A stretch of 64,000 nt of DNA from Eubacteriales bacterium (GCA_045659905.1 JAZRCT010000054.1:40546-104545), one strand, 5' to 3'; shown: positions 47,751 to 58,389, counted from the stretch's first letter. Notes: a model not told the origin generated them from the sequence alone. Program-made: numbers and translations.

Positions 47751-50700
47751 TTATTTTTTATTTTCCGGGTAGGAAGTATTGTTATCAATATTCTCGCCGT
47801 TAAGAATCGATGCGTATCCGTTTACTATTTTCTTAAAGGCAAAGGTGGAAATATAGAAATCCGACACCTCGGAATATACGTCGCCGGTATCTCTGTTTTC
47901 CCGATAAAGCTTCACCATTATCCGCCTGTCGGAAATTCTGTAAAACTCGTAGACGTAATCGTATATCGAGCTTGCGTAATACACGCCCTCTCCGTATTCC
48001 TTGGCATTACCCGTAGCGTCGGGGCTGTAAGCCTTTCCGAGCGTTACGCTCATTTTCATAAGAAGCGGAGCGTTGAGAAGCCCCTCCTTTTGCTCCTCCT
48101 CGCTTAAGACGTCCTGATAGCGAGTATAGAAAATAATTTCCATAAGCTCCTTGAAGTTTGACGTGCCAAGCAAATCAAGCTCCACCGTCTTATTTCCGTA
48201 AAATGCGCCAAGCGAGCTTCCGTATCCTATGCCGTTTACCGTCCAGGACTCGTTCTTTTTGAAAAATTCGCCGAACTTGGTATCGTATGCATCGTCACTC
48301 TGGTTGGTGAATACTCTTATCGAATCGTTTGCCGTGGCAAGGCTCATTACATCCTCGCCGTAGGTCTCGATAAGCTTCTCCTTGCTCCAAAGTCTGCCTG
48401 CGTAGGCGTAGGTTGTCTGGTGCGTAAGCTCGTTTGAATAGCTGCCGTATATTTCATCCATATAGAAATCAAGCGTGACGTTCTTTATATTTGAAATATT
48501 GGTAAGCACTATATTCCTTCTTGCGTAAAGCTCAACGAAGCTTCTTTCCAGGAATATGAAGCTCTCGCCGTCGACCTTGGTGACTATATCGTAAAGGTCG
48601 GAGGCTATATATCTCGTACCGTCCGGCTGCTCCTCGCTGATATAGAGAGTAAATCCAAGCTTGCTGTAATACTCGTAATCGTCAAGCGAGTTGAGGTATT
48701 CCGTTACCTCCTGATTTTCGGAATCATACTCGGCGGCGGCAATGCCTCGAGGTATCTCAAAGTATACCGTATATGCGTAAAGTCCGTACTTATCAAGTAT
48801 TTCGGGGGTAAGACCTACCGCAACGGTTTCCTTTCCGACAAGTCCGGCAGAGCCCGTTGAGGAGCCGACAACTCCGCCAAGCGCCTTGAGTATGGTCTCG
48901 CATACCGAGGAATTGAGTGCGTAGATACGGTTCTCGTTCTCAAGCGTGTTTTTATACACCGACTCTCCGTAATACGGATCTCTGTCCGACGCCTGTTGGA
49001 ATTCAAACGACGCAACAATCTCGGACCTTACAAAATAATTTATTCCCTTTATTTCATAAGAAATAAAATCGGCTATCGCCTCGTCGTATTCGTCGTAGGA
49101 AAGAATCACGATTTCGTCGTCGTTCTTTACCGTCTTGCCCATAAGAGCCTCGGCAACCTGCTTTGAATCGCCCGTAAGCGAATCGGTAATTTCAATAGCG
49201 TCGGAATACTCCTCGTCGAATTTCTCGCCATCTATAACGAGGTAGTAGTGGTAAATAACCGACGTTCCCTTCTTAACCTTAAGAAGATTTCCGTCATCAT
49301 CTGTGTTGTTGCCCTTTTCGTCGACAATCTCAACGATATCCGAAACCACCATCTTGATATTTCTCTTAACCGCCTTGTCCTCTGCGTAGGTTATCTCAAA
49401 TCTCGCAGGCTCGCTAAGCTCTCCTACCGTGGTAAGCTTTGCCTTAACCTCTGCCGGAATAAGCTCGCTTGACATATCTATAACGCCGTGCACATCGTGC
49501 ACGCTGACAAGCTCGCCGTTCTTCCTTGCGATATAGGTAACCCTGATAAGATCGTCAGCTCCGATTGCAGTACCCACTGCGGTAATATCGCCGTTTTCGC
49601 TGAGTATAGCCTCTACCGCATAAATGTCGTAGGTATATTTATCTCCAAGCTTTACCTGCCTTGAGAAGGTAGGCAGAGTAACGGTGATGGGGCTCGCAAA
49701 AGCACCGACGCCCTTTCCGACGAGCGCCTTTACCAGACGCTGATAGGAGCTATCGCCCCTATAGTTTGACAGCTCAAATAGCGTAGCCTTGAAGCTTTCG
49801 TTTATATATCCGTCGGATTTTTCGCCCGACACAGCCGTCTGGCTTTCAAACGGAGTGACTGCCGATGCGTCAAGTATTACTCTGTCGGCCTCTCCGACTA
49901 CTCCGACACAGCCGTTTTCACAGCCCTTGACCTTGCATATATCCGAGCCTCTGTGCACGAAATTGACGTAATGCTTGAAATCGGTTGCAAGATAAGGCTC
50001 AAAGGCTTTATCCATAGCAAGTCCCTCTGCCGTAAGCACGGGCCTTATATACGAGGTAAATTCAGCCAGCGCATAGCTGAAGTAGTCTACGTTGGTTGAG
50101 TAGATATAATTGCGGTTATCTACCGTAAAATAGTATCCCGAGCCGGTGATAAGCTTATCGCCGATTCTCACGGTATGACGGGCGGGCTCATCCTTCTCGT
50201 CATCAATATAGGTAAAGCTTACCTCGACAGCGTCATTGCCGAAAAGTCCGTATTTCTTATACTCTTCGTGCCTTTCGTCGACGGTCATTTCGGTAAGGTC
50301 TATCCTCTGGTCAAAATAGGTCGTGCCTATTGCGGTGACGAGATAAATTATCTTGTATATAGAGCCTATCGAATCGTTGTCCTCAACGGCGTACATATCC
50401 TCGTATGAGAACGAGGGGTCAACGTCGGCTATTGCGGGGTAATACACCTGCATATCGCCGTTTGCGTCCTTGTAGTAAAGTATAAAGCTTTCGGTGTTGA
50501 CACGCTCAAAAACGGGCTTTCCGTCCTTATCCTGTATAGGATTGCCGTGCTTGTCCTTGGCTACGTCCTTGGTAGCGACCGTGCCGTCCTCCGGGCGCAT
50601 AAGAGCGTATTCGCCGTTTTCGCCCTTGATTCTTATAGTCAGAAACTTTGTTTCTCCTACGTAAGGATATGCAACGGCAGAGCCCGAAAGCTCCCACTCA

Positions 50701-50861
50701 CCGATATCCTCTATAATCTCGACCGGCGGATTTTTCGCATCCTCCTCGGCCTTCTTATTAAGTACGTTTATAACTATCGCCGCAGCAACAAGAAGCACCA
50801 GCACTCCCGCCAAAATTGCGAGAATAAGGGGTTTATTTTTCTTTTTAGCTATTACTTTCAT
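47751..50861 (-). CDS. very large N-terminally anchored protein, DUF4340-like by position
   Basis: 1036 aa with a single N-terminal TM helix (LILAILAGVLVLLVAAAIVINVL). It starts 10 nt after the GldG-like gene stop. The DUF4340 assignment is inferred from the canonical ABC/GldG/DUF4340 gene order, not from recognised motifs. Confidence 0.55.
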   Translation of the reverse strand: MKVIAKKKNKPLILAILAGVLVLLVAAAIVINVLNKKAEEDAKNPPVEIIEDIGEWELSGSAVAYPYVGETKFLTIRIKGENGEYALMRPEDGTVATKDVAKDKHGNPIQDKDGKPVFERVNTESFILYYKDANGDMQVYYPAIADVDPSFSYEDMYAVEDNDSIGSIYKIIYLVTAIGTTYFDQRIDLTEMTVDERHEEYKKYGLFGNDAVEVSFTYIDDEKDEPARHTVRIGDKLITGSGYYFTVDNRNYIYSTNVDYFSYALAEFTSYIRPVLTAEGLAMDKAFEPYLATDFKHYVNFVHRGSDICKVKGCENGCVGVVGEADRVILDASAVTPFESQTAVSGEKSDGYINESFKATLFELSNYRGDSSYQRLVKALVGKGVGAFASPITVTLPTFSRQVKLGDKYTYDIYAVEAILSENGDITAVGTAIGADDLIRVTYIARKNGELVSVHDVHGVIDMSSELIPAEVKAKLTTVGELSEPARFEITYAEDKAVKRNIKMVVSDIVEIVDEKGNNTDDDGNLLKVKKGTSVIYHYYLVIDGEKFDEEYSDAIEITDSLTGDSKQVAEALMGKTVKNDDEIVILSYDEYDEAIADFISYEIKGINYFVRSEIVASFEFQQASDRDPYYGESVYKNTLENENRIYALNSSVCETILKALGGVVGSSTGSAGLVGKETVAVGLTPEILDKYGLYAYTVYFEIPRGIAAAEYDSENQEVTEYLNSLDDYEYYSKLGFTLYISEEQPDGTRYIASDLYDIVTKVDGESFIFLERSFVELYARRNIVLTNISNIKNVTLDFYMDEIYGSYSNELTHQTTYAYAGRLWSKEKLIETYGEDVMSLATANDSIRVFTNQSDDAYDTKFGEFFKKNESWTVNGIGYGSSLGAFYGNKTVELDLLGTSNFKELMEIIFYTRYQDVLSEEEQKEGLLNAPLLMKMSVTLGKAYSPDATGNAKEYGEGVYYASSIYDYVYEFYRISDRRIMVKLYRENRDTGDVYSEVSDFYISTFAFKKIVNGYASILNGENIDNNTSYPENKK

Positions 50862-50871
50862 TTAATCCCCC

Positions 50872-52596
50872 TTACAAGTACTTCCTCTTGATTTTTATCA
50901 CTACGCCAACTACCGCAATCGCAAGCGGAATTGCCGCCGCTATGCAGGCGTAGGCTATCTTTGCGCCGTCAGAAAGGGCCTTGTTTACTCTCGTAACGTA
51001 AATCTTGCCTGTCGCATCGTAGGCGTATACGGTAGAATCCTCAGCTCCCATTGAGCTGTCAAGCAGCACCTTGCCGCCAAAGCCCGTATAATTATTGCCC
51101 GAAATACCGCCAAGCTCCATAGAAGCGTAGGTATCAAGCCTTGCAATATTCTGAACGAGCGCAGACACGATATCGTAATTAGCGTATGCAGCATTGCCAA
51201 GAAGCTCGCTTGAAAGGAAGCTACCGCTTGCCGCACAGAAAAGATAGGAATATTCAAGCTCAGAGGTAACGTTATTTATTGACTGCCGTCCGCAAAGTGC
51301 GGCAACGGTCTTTTGTCCCTTTTCACCCGCAAGGTCGGTATAGCCGTCGGTAAGGTCGCTGTACGCATAATCCTTTGCCGACTCCGAGGTGAATACGAAG
51401 GGGGCGTATATCTTTGATATACTGAGCGAGCCTGCCTCAGCCTCAGCCCTTGAATCTCCAAAGGCACATCTGATATGTCCCGAATCCGACACTATCACTC
51501 TCGGTGCCGAATCGAGATTTGCATATTCGCCATAGACGTTATAGGCGTAGCTGTTCTCGTCGGAATTGTATTCGGTGACGATAGTAGTATGAGACTCACC
51601 GCCGTCAGTGACTATATACTGACTGTCGTCCTTGATAAGCGTATCGGATACGTCAATTCCCCACTCGTACAAAAAGTCCTCAAGCACGGGGAGCTTAACC
51701 TTGTAATCCTTCGAAACCATTACCGAGCCTCGGTTGGCGGTAAGAAATCTATCGATAAGCTCGCACTCGGACACGTAGTCAAAGCTCATAGCCTGACTCT
51801 TATCGTATCTGAAATCGGTCTTTGGATTATTTATCACAAGAAGCGCACAATCGTCGGGAATAGACGGTGTACCGTCTGCGTTTTTAATAGTATCCTCAAG
51901 GCTGATATTCTTTACCTCAAGACCTCTTTCGTTAAGAAGGTCTATAAGGTATCCCACCTCTTTATTTTCGGGGGCGTCGGGATTGTCAAAATTGTAAACG
52001 TCCTCTCCGTGGTCGGAAACAAAATACGCAGAGGGGCGGTTGATAAGCGTGAGCGAAAGCAAAATCGTCGCAAGCTTATATTCGCCGTCAAACGAGTAAT
52101 AATTTTGTCCCGAGGTGCGCCAGAAGCTCTGACAGGATACTACTCTGTATCTCGAGCCGTAGGCAAGTATAACGTCAAAGGGCTCAATCTCGGTAAGCGA
52201 GGTCGTTTTATATTCAGCAACTGCGGTGGGGTTATAGGTTACATTTACGACCTCAACCTTGAAATTCGGAAATTTCTTGGCAAGGTCAAGCGCCATATAA
52301 TACACCGCTCTTGTAGCGTAATTTTCTATGAGAGTATCACGGTCGGCGCAAAAGGTCATAGTAATGGGAGCACGAAGCGTGCCGTCCTCAAGATAGAATA
52401 TTTCACGGCAGGTATCAAGCATAACGTCTCGCACCGTATAAAGCCCCTCGGGAGTAAGGTCGAGGAACACGGTATCAAATATTCCCATAGAATATGCCAG
52501 CAGATTCAAGCTTAGCAAAAGAACTATTACCAGAAGCGTGATAACCGCAAAGGTTTTAGTGCGGGCGCTCTTGCCCGCAAATGGATTTTTAATCAT
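50872..52596 (-). CDS. GldG-family ABC-transporter auxiliary protein (copy 2)
   Basis: 574 aa with N- and C-terminal TM anchors and a large periplasm-like domain. The lead-in VFLDLTPEGLYTVRD is typical of the ABC_transp_aux/GldG family. Confidence 0.7.
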   Translation of the reverse strand: MIKNPFAGKSARTKTFAVITLLVIVLLLSLNLLAYSMGIFDTVFLDLTPEGLYTVRDVMLDTCREIFYLEDGTLRAPITMTFCADRDTLIENYATRAVYYMALDLAKKFPNFKVEVVNVTYNPTAVAEYKTTSLTEIEPFDVILAYGSRYRVVSCQSFWRTSGQNYYSFDGEYKLATILLSLTLINRPSAYFVSDHGEDVYNFDNPDAPENKEVGYLIDLLNERGLEVKNISLEDTIKNADGTPSIPDDCALLVINNPKTDFRYDKSQAMSFDYVSECELIDRFLTANRGSVMVSKDYKVKLPVLEDFLYEWGIDVSDTLIKDDSQYIVTDGGESHTTIVTEYNSDENSYAYNVYGEYANLDSAPRVIVSDSGHIRCAFGDSRAEAEAGSLSISKIYAPFVFTSESAKDYAYSDLTDGYTDLAGEKGQKTVAALCGRQSINNVTSELEYSYLFCAASGSFLSSELLGNAAYANYDIVSALVQNIARLDTYASMELGGISGNNYTGFGGKVLLDSSMGAEDSTVYAYDATGKIYVTRVNKALSDGAKIAYACIAAAIPLAIAVVGVVIKIKRKYL

Positions 52597-52621
52597 CTTC
52601 GTACCTACAAAATCTTTTATT

Positions 52622-54163
52622 TCAACGGTTTTTTCTCTTGATTACAACAACGGCTCCGCCGCAGGCAAGAATTGCCGGAATTGCGAGAATTACGGCAGTG
52701 TAAATCCGTGCTTCCTTTACCGTCAGGTTCTCAAGAGTGTCGTTCGAATAAAATACGATATTACAGCCGTAAGGGATATTTTCGTCACCGTACACGCAGT
52801 CCATCAGCGAATAGAGGAAATCTCGGTTGGCGTATCCTCCCGAAACGAGCACGTCGGTTGCCGTAAGATATATGCTCGGCACTACCGTAATTTTGCCCGC
52901 CTCCTTGCCGCTGTCGTCAAGAGCCGTGCCGACGGCGCTCATACAGTATCCGCCGCTCGTGTCAACCTCGTATTTACCCGCAAATACCGTGGCAGACGGC
53001 GAAGCGTTAAGCAACGGCTGTGCCCGTCCCTCAAGCTCCAAAGCAGCGCAGCTTCCGAGAAGCACGCTCGCATCGGTATATCTGCTTACGGTCTGCTCTA
53101 TGGCCTCTCCGTAATCGCTGTCTGCAAAATCCGCAAACAGACTGAAGAAATCGCCGGGAAGCGCATTCTCGCTGTCCCTTATGATGTTGCGGTAGAATTT
53201 TCCGTCACGCTCGGTTGAGGAAATATTTATTCCGTAATCGGCAATAAAGCTCTCAAGCACGGGAAGCCTTCCCGCATAGGGGTCTATCGCTACGAAAAGA
53301 TTTCCGCCTCGCTCAAGGAAGCTTTCAAGCCTTTCGATTTCGGTTCTTACGCTCGAGCCTGCTGCAGCTCTTTCAAAATCGTTCTTTGGGTTTGAAATAA
53401 CCACTATTCCCGCATCGTCGGGAATTTCTTTTTCACGGAGATTTATGGTGGCAACCTCGTAGCCTGCGCAGACGAGCATCGTACGGAAGCCTATATCCGC
53501 TACCTCGCCGTGGAAGGTGGTAAAATAGGCGCACTTGCGCTCGTCCTCAAGCACCGAGCTTATCATAGACGCCATAACCTCCTCGCCGTTGTAGGCTACC
53601 GCATTGCCCGAGGAATCAAGCGTGAAAAAGTCGCCGTAGCCAGCCGCAGTGTAATTGTCGGTAAGCACCTTGAAATTTTCACCGCACTCGAAAATCACCG
53701 AGCTTCTGTATATAGGCAAGGGATTGCCGCTTTCGTCGTAGGAAATATACTTAGTAAGGTCGATATAGCTGATATTCGAGCTATCGTTCCTGCTTACGAC
53801 CTGCTTCGTAATTATGTTTACAAATTTGATTTCTATAAAGTCGGGATATCTGTCCGAAAGCTGCTCTGCCGTATTAAGCACCCATCTTGGAATGCTGCTT
53901 GAGCTCTTCTGTATATCCTCGTAGGGCTGACAGAAGGTGACCGTAACCTTTTTACCGAGAATTCTCTCCTCGGGAAAGAGCGAATCGGTAGCGCCGGATA
54001 TAGTCAAATCGTCGCCGAAATCGGGACTGTAAAGAACTATGCCAAAGGCATATATAATTACGTTTACCACTATAACCAAGGCAATTACAACCGCCGTAAG
54101 CGCCGCAGAGGTCGTCCTCTCTCCCTTAAAGAAGGCAAGTAGCCTGTCCTTAAATTTATTCAT
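52622..54163 (-). CDS. GldG-family ABC-transporter auxiliary protein (copy 1)
   Basis: 513 aa with the same topology (N- and C-terminal TM anchors). It lies directly after the ABC-2 permease. Confidence 0.7.
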   Translation of the reverse strand: MNKFKDRLLAFFKGERTTSAALTAVVIALVIVVNVIIYAFGIVLYSPDFGDDLTISGATDSLFPEERILGKKVTVTFCQPYEDIQKSSSSIPRWVLNTAEQLSDRYPDFIEIKFVNIITKQVVSRNDSSNISYIDLTKYISYDESGNPLPIYRSSVIFECGENFKVLTDNYTAAGYGDFFTLDSSGNAVAYNGEEVMASMISSVLEDERKCAYFTTFHGEVADIGFRTMLVCAGYEVATINLREKEIPDDAGIVVISNPKNDFERAAAGSSVRTEIERLESFLERGGNLFVAIDPYAGRLPVLESFIADYGINISSTERDGKFYRNIIRDSENALPGDFFSLFADFADSDYGEAIEQTVSRYTDASVLLGSCAALELEGRAQPLLNASPSATVFAGKYEVDTSGGYCMSAVGTALDDSGKEAGKITVVPSIYLTATDVLVSGGYANRDFLYSLMDCVYGDENIPYGCNIVFYSNDTLENLTVKEARIYTAVILAIPAILACGGAVVVIKRKNR

Positions 54164-54178
54164 CTGTACCCCTCCGCT

Positions 54179-54895
54179 TTAGTTGTAACGGCGTCGGTCG
54201 TAAATGCGGATTGTAAGATAAACGAACACCGCACCTACCGATAAGTAGTAAATAATGCTCGACAGGTCGAATATACCCGAAACGAAGCTCTGGAATCTTG
54301 AGAATATCGAGATGCAGTCAAACACGTATCTCAGCCAATAATTGCTCGGCAGAAGCGTATTTATAACGCCGATAACCAGAAGCACAAGAATTATAGCCAT
54401 AGTTCCGACTGCGGCAGTAAGCTGATTCTCCGTAAGCGAGGAAACAAAAATTCCTATCGCTATAAACACCGCACCTACAAGGAGCAGTGCGAAGAAATTG
54501 CCGAAAAGCACGGCAAACTGAAGCTCCGCATAGGGAATAAGCACGAGGAAGTAGAGCGAATTTACGAAAAGCGCACCCGCAAACATAGTGAAGGCGGCAA
54601 GAAATTTGCCGAGCACCATACCCGTGATTGATACGGGAGCGGTAAGCAGAAGCTGCTCGGTCCTCGTCTTTCTCTCATCGGCAAAGGACTTCATAGTAAG
54701 AAGCGGAAGAATCACCGCCGAGAATATAAGCATATAAATGAAATAATTGGAGACGTTTGCGCTCATAGCAAAAAGCGTAGTAAGGCAGAACGCCGCACCT
54801 CCGATTGCAAGGAAAAGCACGAGGAAAACGTATCCTATAACGCCCGTGAAGTAAGAGCGCATTTCTCTTTTGTAAATAGCAAGCATTTTTATCAA
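54179..54895 (-). CDS. ABC-2 type transporter permease (GldF-like)
   Basis: 238 aa with six hydrophobic segments. It follows the ATPase gene with a 21-nt gap. Confidence 0.8.
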   Translation of the reverse strand: MIKMLAIYKREMRSYFTGVIGYVFLVLFLAIGGAAFCLTTLFAMSANVSNYFIYMLIFSAVILPLLTMKSFADERKTRTEQLLLTAPVSITGMVLGKFLAAFTMFAGALFVNSLYFLVLIPYAELQFAVLFGNFFALLLVGAVFIAIGIFVSSLTENQLTAAVGTMAIILVLLVIGVINTLLPSNYWLRYVFDCISIFSRFQSFVSGIFDLSSIIYYLSVGAVFVYLTIRIYDRRRYN

Positions 54896-54916
54896 ACCTC
54901 TCTTATAAAAGCCTTA

Positions 54917-55951
54917 TTAGTGCGCACGCCTTTTTTTACTCGGCTTCGCATCAACGTCGATACCGTTTGAGCGGTCGACAAGTCGGATAAATATCGACTC
55001 AAGGTCGGTGCCTACGGGCATAAGTCCGAGGATAGGCCAATTTCTTTCTCTGCAAAGAGAGAAGATAGATTTTCTTGCGTCCATACCCTTCTTAGTCTCA
55101 ATCACGTAAGCGTAGGAGTCAGCGTCACGCTCACCCGTACTGACTACCGTCTTAACGCCCGAAATTTTTTCGAGCGCCTGCTCGACCTCTCTTGCAGGGC
55201 CGCAAATCTTTACCTGATAGTGGTAGCCCTCCTCTATTACCTTCGTAAGGTCGGCGGTCTTTTCGTCGGCGATTATCTTGCCCTGATTTATAATGATAAC
55301 CCTCTCGCACACCGCCTGAACCTCGGCTAGAATATGCGTAGAAAGAATTACCGTGTGATTCTTCGAGAGCGTTCTTATAAGATTTCTTACCTCAAGAATC
55401 TGCTTCGGGTCAAGTCCGACGGTAGGCTCGTCAAAGACTATAAGCTTCGGGTCGCCGATAAGCGCCTGAGCAATACCCACTCTCTGCTTGTATCCCTTTG
55501 AAAGATTTCTTATAAGGCGGTGCTTTACGTCGGCAAGCCTTACCGTATTTATAATCTCCGAAATGTGCGATTCCTTTTCCTGAATTGCACCCTTAAGCTC
55601 GTAAACGAATTCAAGATACTCGAGCACCGTCATTTCTCCGTATACGGGGGGCTGCTCGGGCAGGAAGCCTATAAGACGCTTTGCCTCTATCGGATTTTCA
55701 AGAATGCTGACGCCTCCGATTTTAGCAACTCCCGAGGTGGAGGAAAGATATCCCGTAAGTATATTCATAGTGGTGCTCTTGCCTGCTCCGTTAGGGCCCA
55801 GAAGTCCCACTATTTCGCCCTCCTCAATCTCAAATGAAACGTCGTTAAGAGCGTAATTCTGACCGTATCTCTTTACAAGATTCCTAACCTCGACCATAAC
55901 CTTGTCGCTTACGGCAGTATCGATTTTTACCTCGTTTACATTGTCCTTCAT
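54917..55951 (-). CDS. ABC transporter ATP-binding protein (GldA-like)
   Basis: Walker A GPNGAGKST, signature LSKGYKQR, Walker B LIVFDEP and a C-terminal extension. Confidence 0.9.
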   Translation of the reverse strand: MKDNVNEVKIDTAVSDKVMVEVRNLVKRYGQNYALNDVSFEIEEGEIVGLLGPNGAGKSTTMNILTGYLSSTSGVAKIGGVSILENPIEAKRLIGFLPEQPPVYGEMTVLEYLEFVYELKGAIQEKESHISEIINTVRLADVKHRLIRNLSKGYKQRVGIAQALIGDPKLIVFDEPTVGLDPKQILEVRNLIRTLSKNHTVILSTHILAEVQAVCERVIIINQGKIIADEKTADLTKVIEEGYHYQVKICGPAREVEQALEKISGVKTVVSTGERDADSYAYVIETKKGMDARKSIFSLCRERNWPILGLMPVGTDLESIFIRLVDRSNGIDVDAKPSKKRRAH

Positions 55952-56154
55952 ATTTATGACCTTTCCTTTCCCTTATGGGCGTTCGTCTTCTTTAGCCGCA
56001 GCCGCTCTGCGTACAACCGTAAGCTCGGCTTACGTCTGGCTCTGCGAAAATTTCACCTTTTCATTGTATCATATAATTGTAAATAAACTTTTAACAAAGT
56101 AACATATTTTAAATATATTTTGAAAACAACCGCCCAAAGCCTCGGTTATTTCAC

Positions 56155-56183
56155 TTGACAAAAGCAAAAAAGGGTTGTATAAT
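56155..56183 (+). promoter_or_regulatory. consensus promoter of trpS
   Basis: TTGACA (56155-56160), a 17-nt spacer, then TATAAT (56178-56183). A leader of about 100 nt precedes the ATG. Confidence 0.6.
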
Positions 56184-56287
56184 CTATGCTATGAATCCCT
56201 GCGGCCGCAAAATGCGGAGCGAGGGTGCGTGGCTTTTAGCAGGACAGGCTATAAGGTCAAAGGACTTTGATTGGAGATTTTACAATG

Positions 56288-57280
56288 ATAGGCGATAAAA
56301 AGGTAGTATTTTCCGGAGTTCAGCCCTCAGGAAATCTTACTATTGGAAATTACCTCGGCGCAATCAAGAATTTTGCTCGCTTTTCCGAGGAATACAAGAC
56401 CTTTTACTGCGTGGTCGACCTTCACGCTATTACCGTAAGACAGGTGCCTGCGGAGCTTCGCAGACGCACCTATGAGACGCTTGCGCTCTACATAGCCTGC
56501 GGACTTGACCCCGCTAAAAATACGCTCTTCGTGCAGTCGCACGTTCCCGAGCACACCGAGCTTGCTTGGATTCTTAATTGCTATACTATGTACGGCGAGC
56601 TTTCAAGAATGACGCAGTTTAAGGATAAAAGTGCAAAGCATGCGCAAAATATAAACGCAGGTTTGTTTACCTATCCCTCTCTTATGGCTGCCGACATACT
56701 CCTTTACGGCACCGACGTCGTGCCGGTAGGAATCGACCAAAAGCAGCATCTTGAGCTCTCACGTGACGTTGCTATGAGATTCAATCAGATTTACAGCGAC
56801 ACCTTTACAGTGCCCGAAGCCTATATTCCCACCGACACGATGAAGATTATGTCGCTTGCCGAGCCGACCTCCAAAATGTCAAAATCGGACGAGAATCCCA
56901 ACGCCGTGGTATATATCCTTGATTCAAAGGACGATATAATCCGCAAATTCAAGCGTGCGGTCACGGATTCAGACAGCGTGATAAGATACGGCGAGGATAA
57001 GCCCGGCGTATCGAATCTTATGACTGTTTACCGTGCGTTTACGGGCAAGAGCTTCGAGGAAATCGAGCGTGAGTTTTCGGGCGTTGGCTACGGAAGCTTC
57101 AAGCTCGCAGTCGGTGAGGCTTGCGCTGACGGACTTCGGTCGGTAAGAGACGAGTTTTCCCGCCTGATAGCCGATAAGGCGTATCTTGAGTCGGTTATGA
57201 AAAGCGGCGCAGAGGAGGCTCATCGCACGGCACTCCGTATGATGTCAAAGGTTAAGAGAAAGATAGGTTTTGTAAACTAA
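56288..57280 (+). CDS. trpS: tryptophan--tRNA ligase
   Basis: Start set at MIGDKKVVFSGVQPSGNLTIGNYLGA. The KMSKS motif is present. Confidence 0.95.
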   Translation: MGDKKVVFSGVQPSGNLTIGNYLGAIKNFARFSEEYKTFYCVVDLHAITVRQVPAELRRRTYETLALYIACGLDPAKNTLFVQSHVPEHTELAWILNCYTMYGELSRMTQFKDKSAKHAQNINAGLFTYPSLMAADILLYGTDVVPVGIDQKQHLELSRDVAMRFNQIYSDTFTVPEAYIPTDTMKIMSLAEPTSKMSKSDENPNAVVYILDSKDDIIRKFKRAVTDSDSVIRYGEDKPGVSNLMTVYRAFTGKSFEEIEREFSGVGYGSFKLAVGEACADGLRSVRDEFSRLIADKAYLESVMKSGAEEAHRTALRMMSKVKRKIGFVN

Positions 57281-57342
57281 GTTTTACTAAATTAGGAGAA
57301 AACCAACCTGGAAAGGAAAATTTCAGGTTGGTTTTTTGTTGT

Positions 57343-58308
57343 ATGACGATAGAAAGCAGAATATTGATTTCGGTTATTCTCGCCGCAGCCGCAGCAAGCC
57401 TTACTTATCTTTTAGCGCCTCTTACCGCAAAGCTTTCCTCGCTTACGGGTGCTATTGACGTCCCCGACGGCAAAAGAAAAATACACACAGAAAAAATGCC
57501 CCGTCTTGGCGGTCTTTCATTCCTTTTTTCGTTTTTCATCTGCATCACATTCTTTTTGATTCACGAGAGAATAAACCCGATAAACCCGGATGCAAGCGCC
57601 CTTTTTGCCCTGCTTGCAGGAGGTTCTATTCTGGCGGCAGGGGGAGTCAGCGACGACGTAGCGGGGCTTAGTGCGCCGCTTAAGCTATTGCTTCAGCTTT
57701 CGGCGGCGATTGTCGCTCTTGCGTTTTTGCCCTTGCCCGACGAATTTTCGATATTCGGCATTATAAGAATACCTCTTTCGGGAGCGCTTGCGTACGCCTT
57801 TATGCTATTTCGTCTTGTCTTTACCGTAAATGCGGTTAATTTTTCGGACGGGCTTGACGGACTTGCCTCGGGCTTATCTATGGTAGCCCTTTTTTCGCTT
57901 TTCATATTCGGACTTGTCAACGGAAAGCCTATTGCTGCCTCGGCTGCGCTGATACTTGGCGCTTCGATAGCGGGATTTATCCCCTACAACCGCTATCACG
58001 CAAGAATTTATATGGGCGACGTAGGCTCGCAGTTCTTGGGATTAGCGATAGCCATTTTGGCGCTTGCCAGCACCAAGGACGGACGCTTCACGTTTGAAAC
58101 CTCATTATTTTTGTTCATTCCTATGCTAGATACCACGCTTTCGGTAAGCAGGAGATTGCTCAGCGGTAAGAGTCCCTTCAAGGCAGACAAGGGGCATCTC
58201 CACCACCTGCTTTTGCGGCGAGGAAAATCCCACCCGAGAGCTGTAAAGCTGCTTGTCGGGATATCGGCGTTAGTTGCGTTAATCACGCTTGCCTTCTCTC
58301 TGCCTTAA
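57343..58308 (+). CDS. glycosyltransferase family 4 (MraY/WecA/TagO-like undecaprenyl-phosphate sugar-phosphate transferase)
   Basis: Polytopic membrane protein with NFSDGLDGLASG and a D-containing cytoplasmic loop (MGDVGSQFLG). Start at MTIESRIL. Confidence 0.85.
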   Translation: MTIESRILISVILAAAAASLTYLLAPLTAKLSSLTGAIDVPDGKRKIHTEKMPRLGGLSFLFSFFICITFFLIHERINPINPDASALFALLAGGSILAAGGVSDDVAGLSAPLKLLLQLSAAIVALAFLPLPDEFSIFGIIRIPLSGALAYAFMLFRLVFTVNAVNFSDGLDGLASGLSMVALFSLFIFGLVNGKPIAASAALILGASIAGFIPYNRYHARIYMGDVGSQFLGLAIAILALASTKDGRFTFETSLFLFIPMLDTTLSVSRRLLSGKSPFKADKGHLHHLLLRRGKSHPRAVKLLVGISALVALITLAFSLP

Positions 58309-58360
58309 CTTGACAAAAATCTACAAATTCAACAATCGAAAAAATATTTTTGCAAATATC

Positions 58361-58389
58361 TTGACAAACTTAAATTCATTTGTTATAAT
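58361..58389 (+). promoter_or_regulatory. consensus promoter of tRNA-Thr
   Basis: TTGACA (58361-58366), a 17-nt spacer, then TATAAT (58384-58389). Confidence 0.6.

Noticed and set aside
51475-53218. 346-aa and 226-aa + strand ORFs
   Set aside because: They are antisense to the two GldG-like genes, which have clear family features and operon spacing. The + strand products are R/K/V-rich with no motifs or RBS.
56184-56287. T-box riboswitch or attenuator upstream of trpS
   Set aside because: The leader is only about 100 nt and lacks the T-box 14-mer, a specifier-loop context and a terminator/antiterminator pair. It has only small hairpins (CCGCA-AAA-TGCGG). Some other regulation cannot be excluded.
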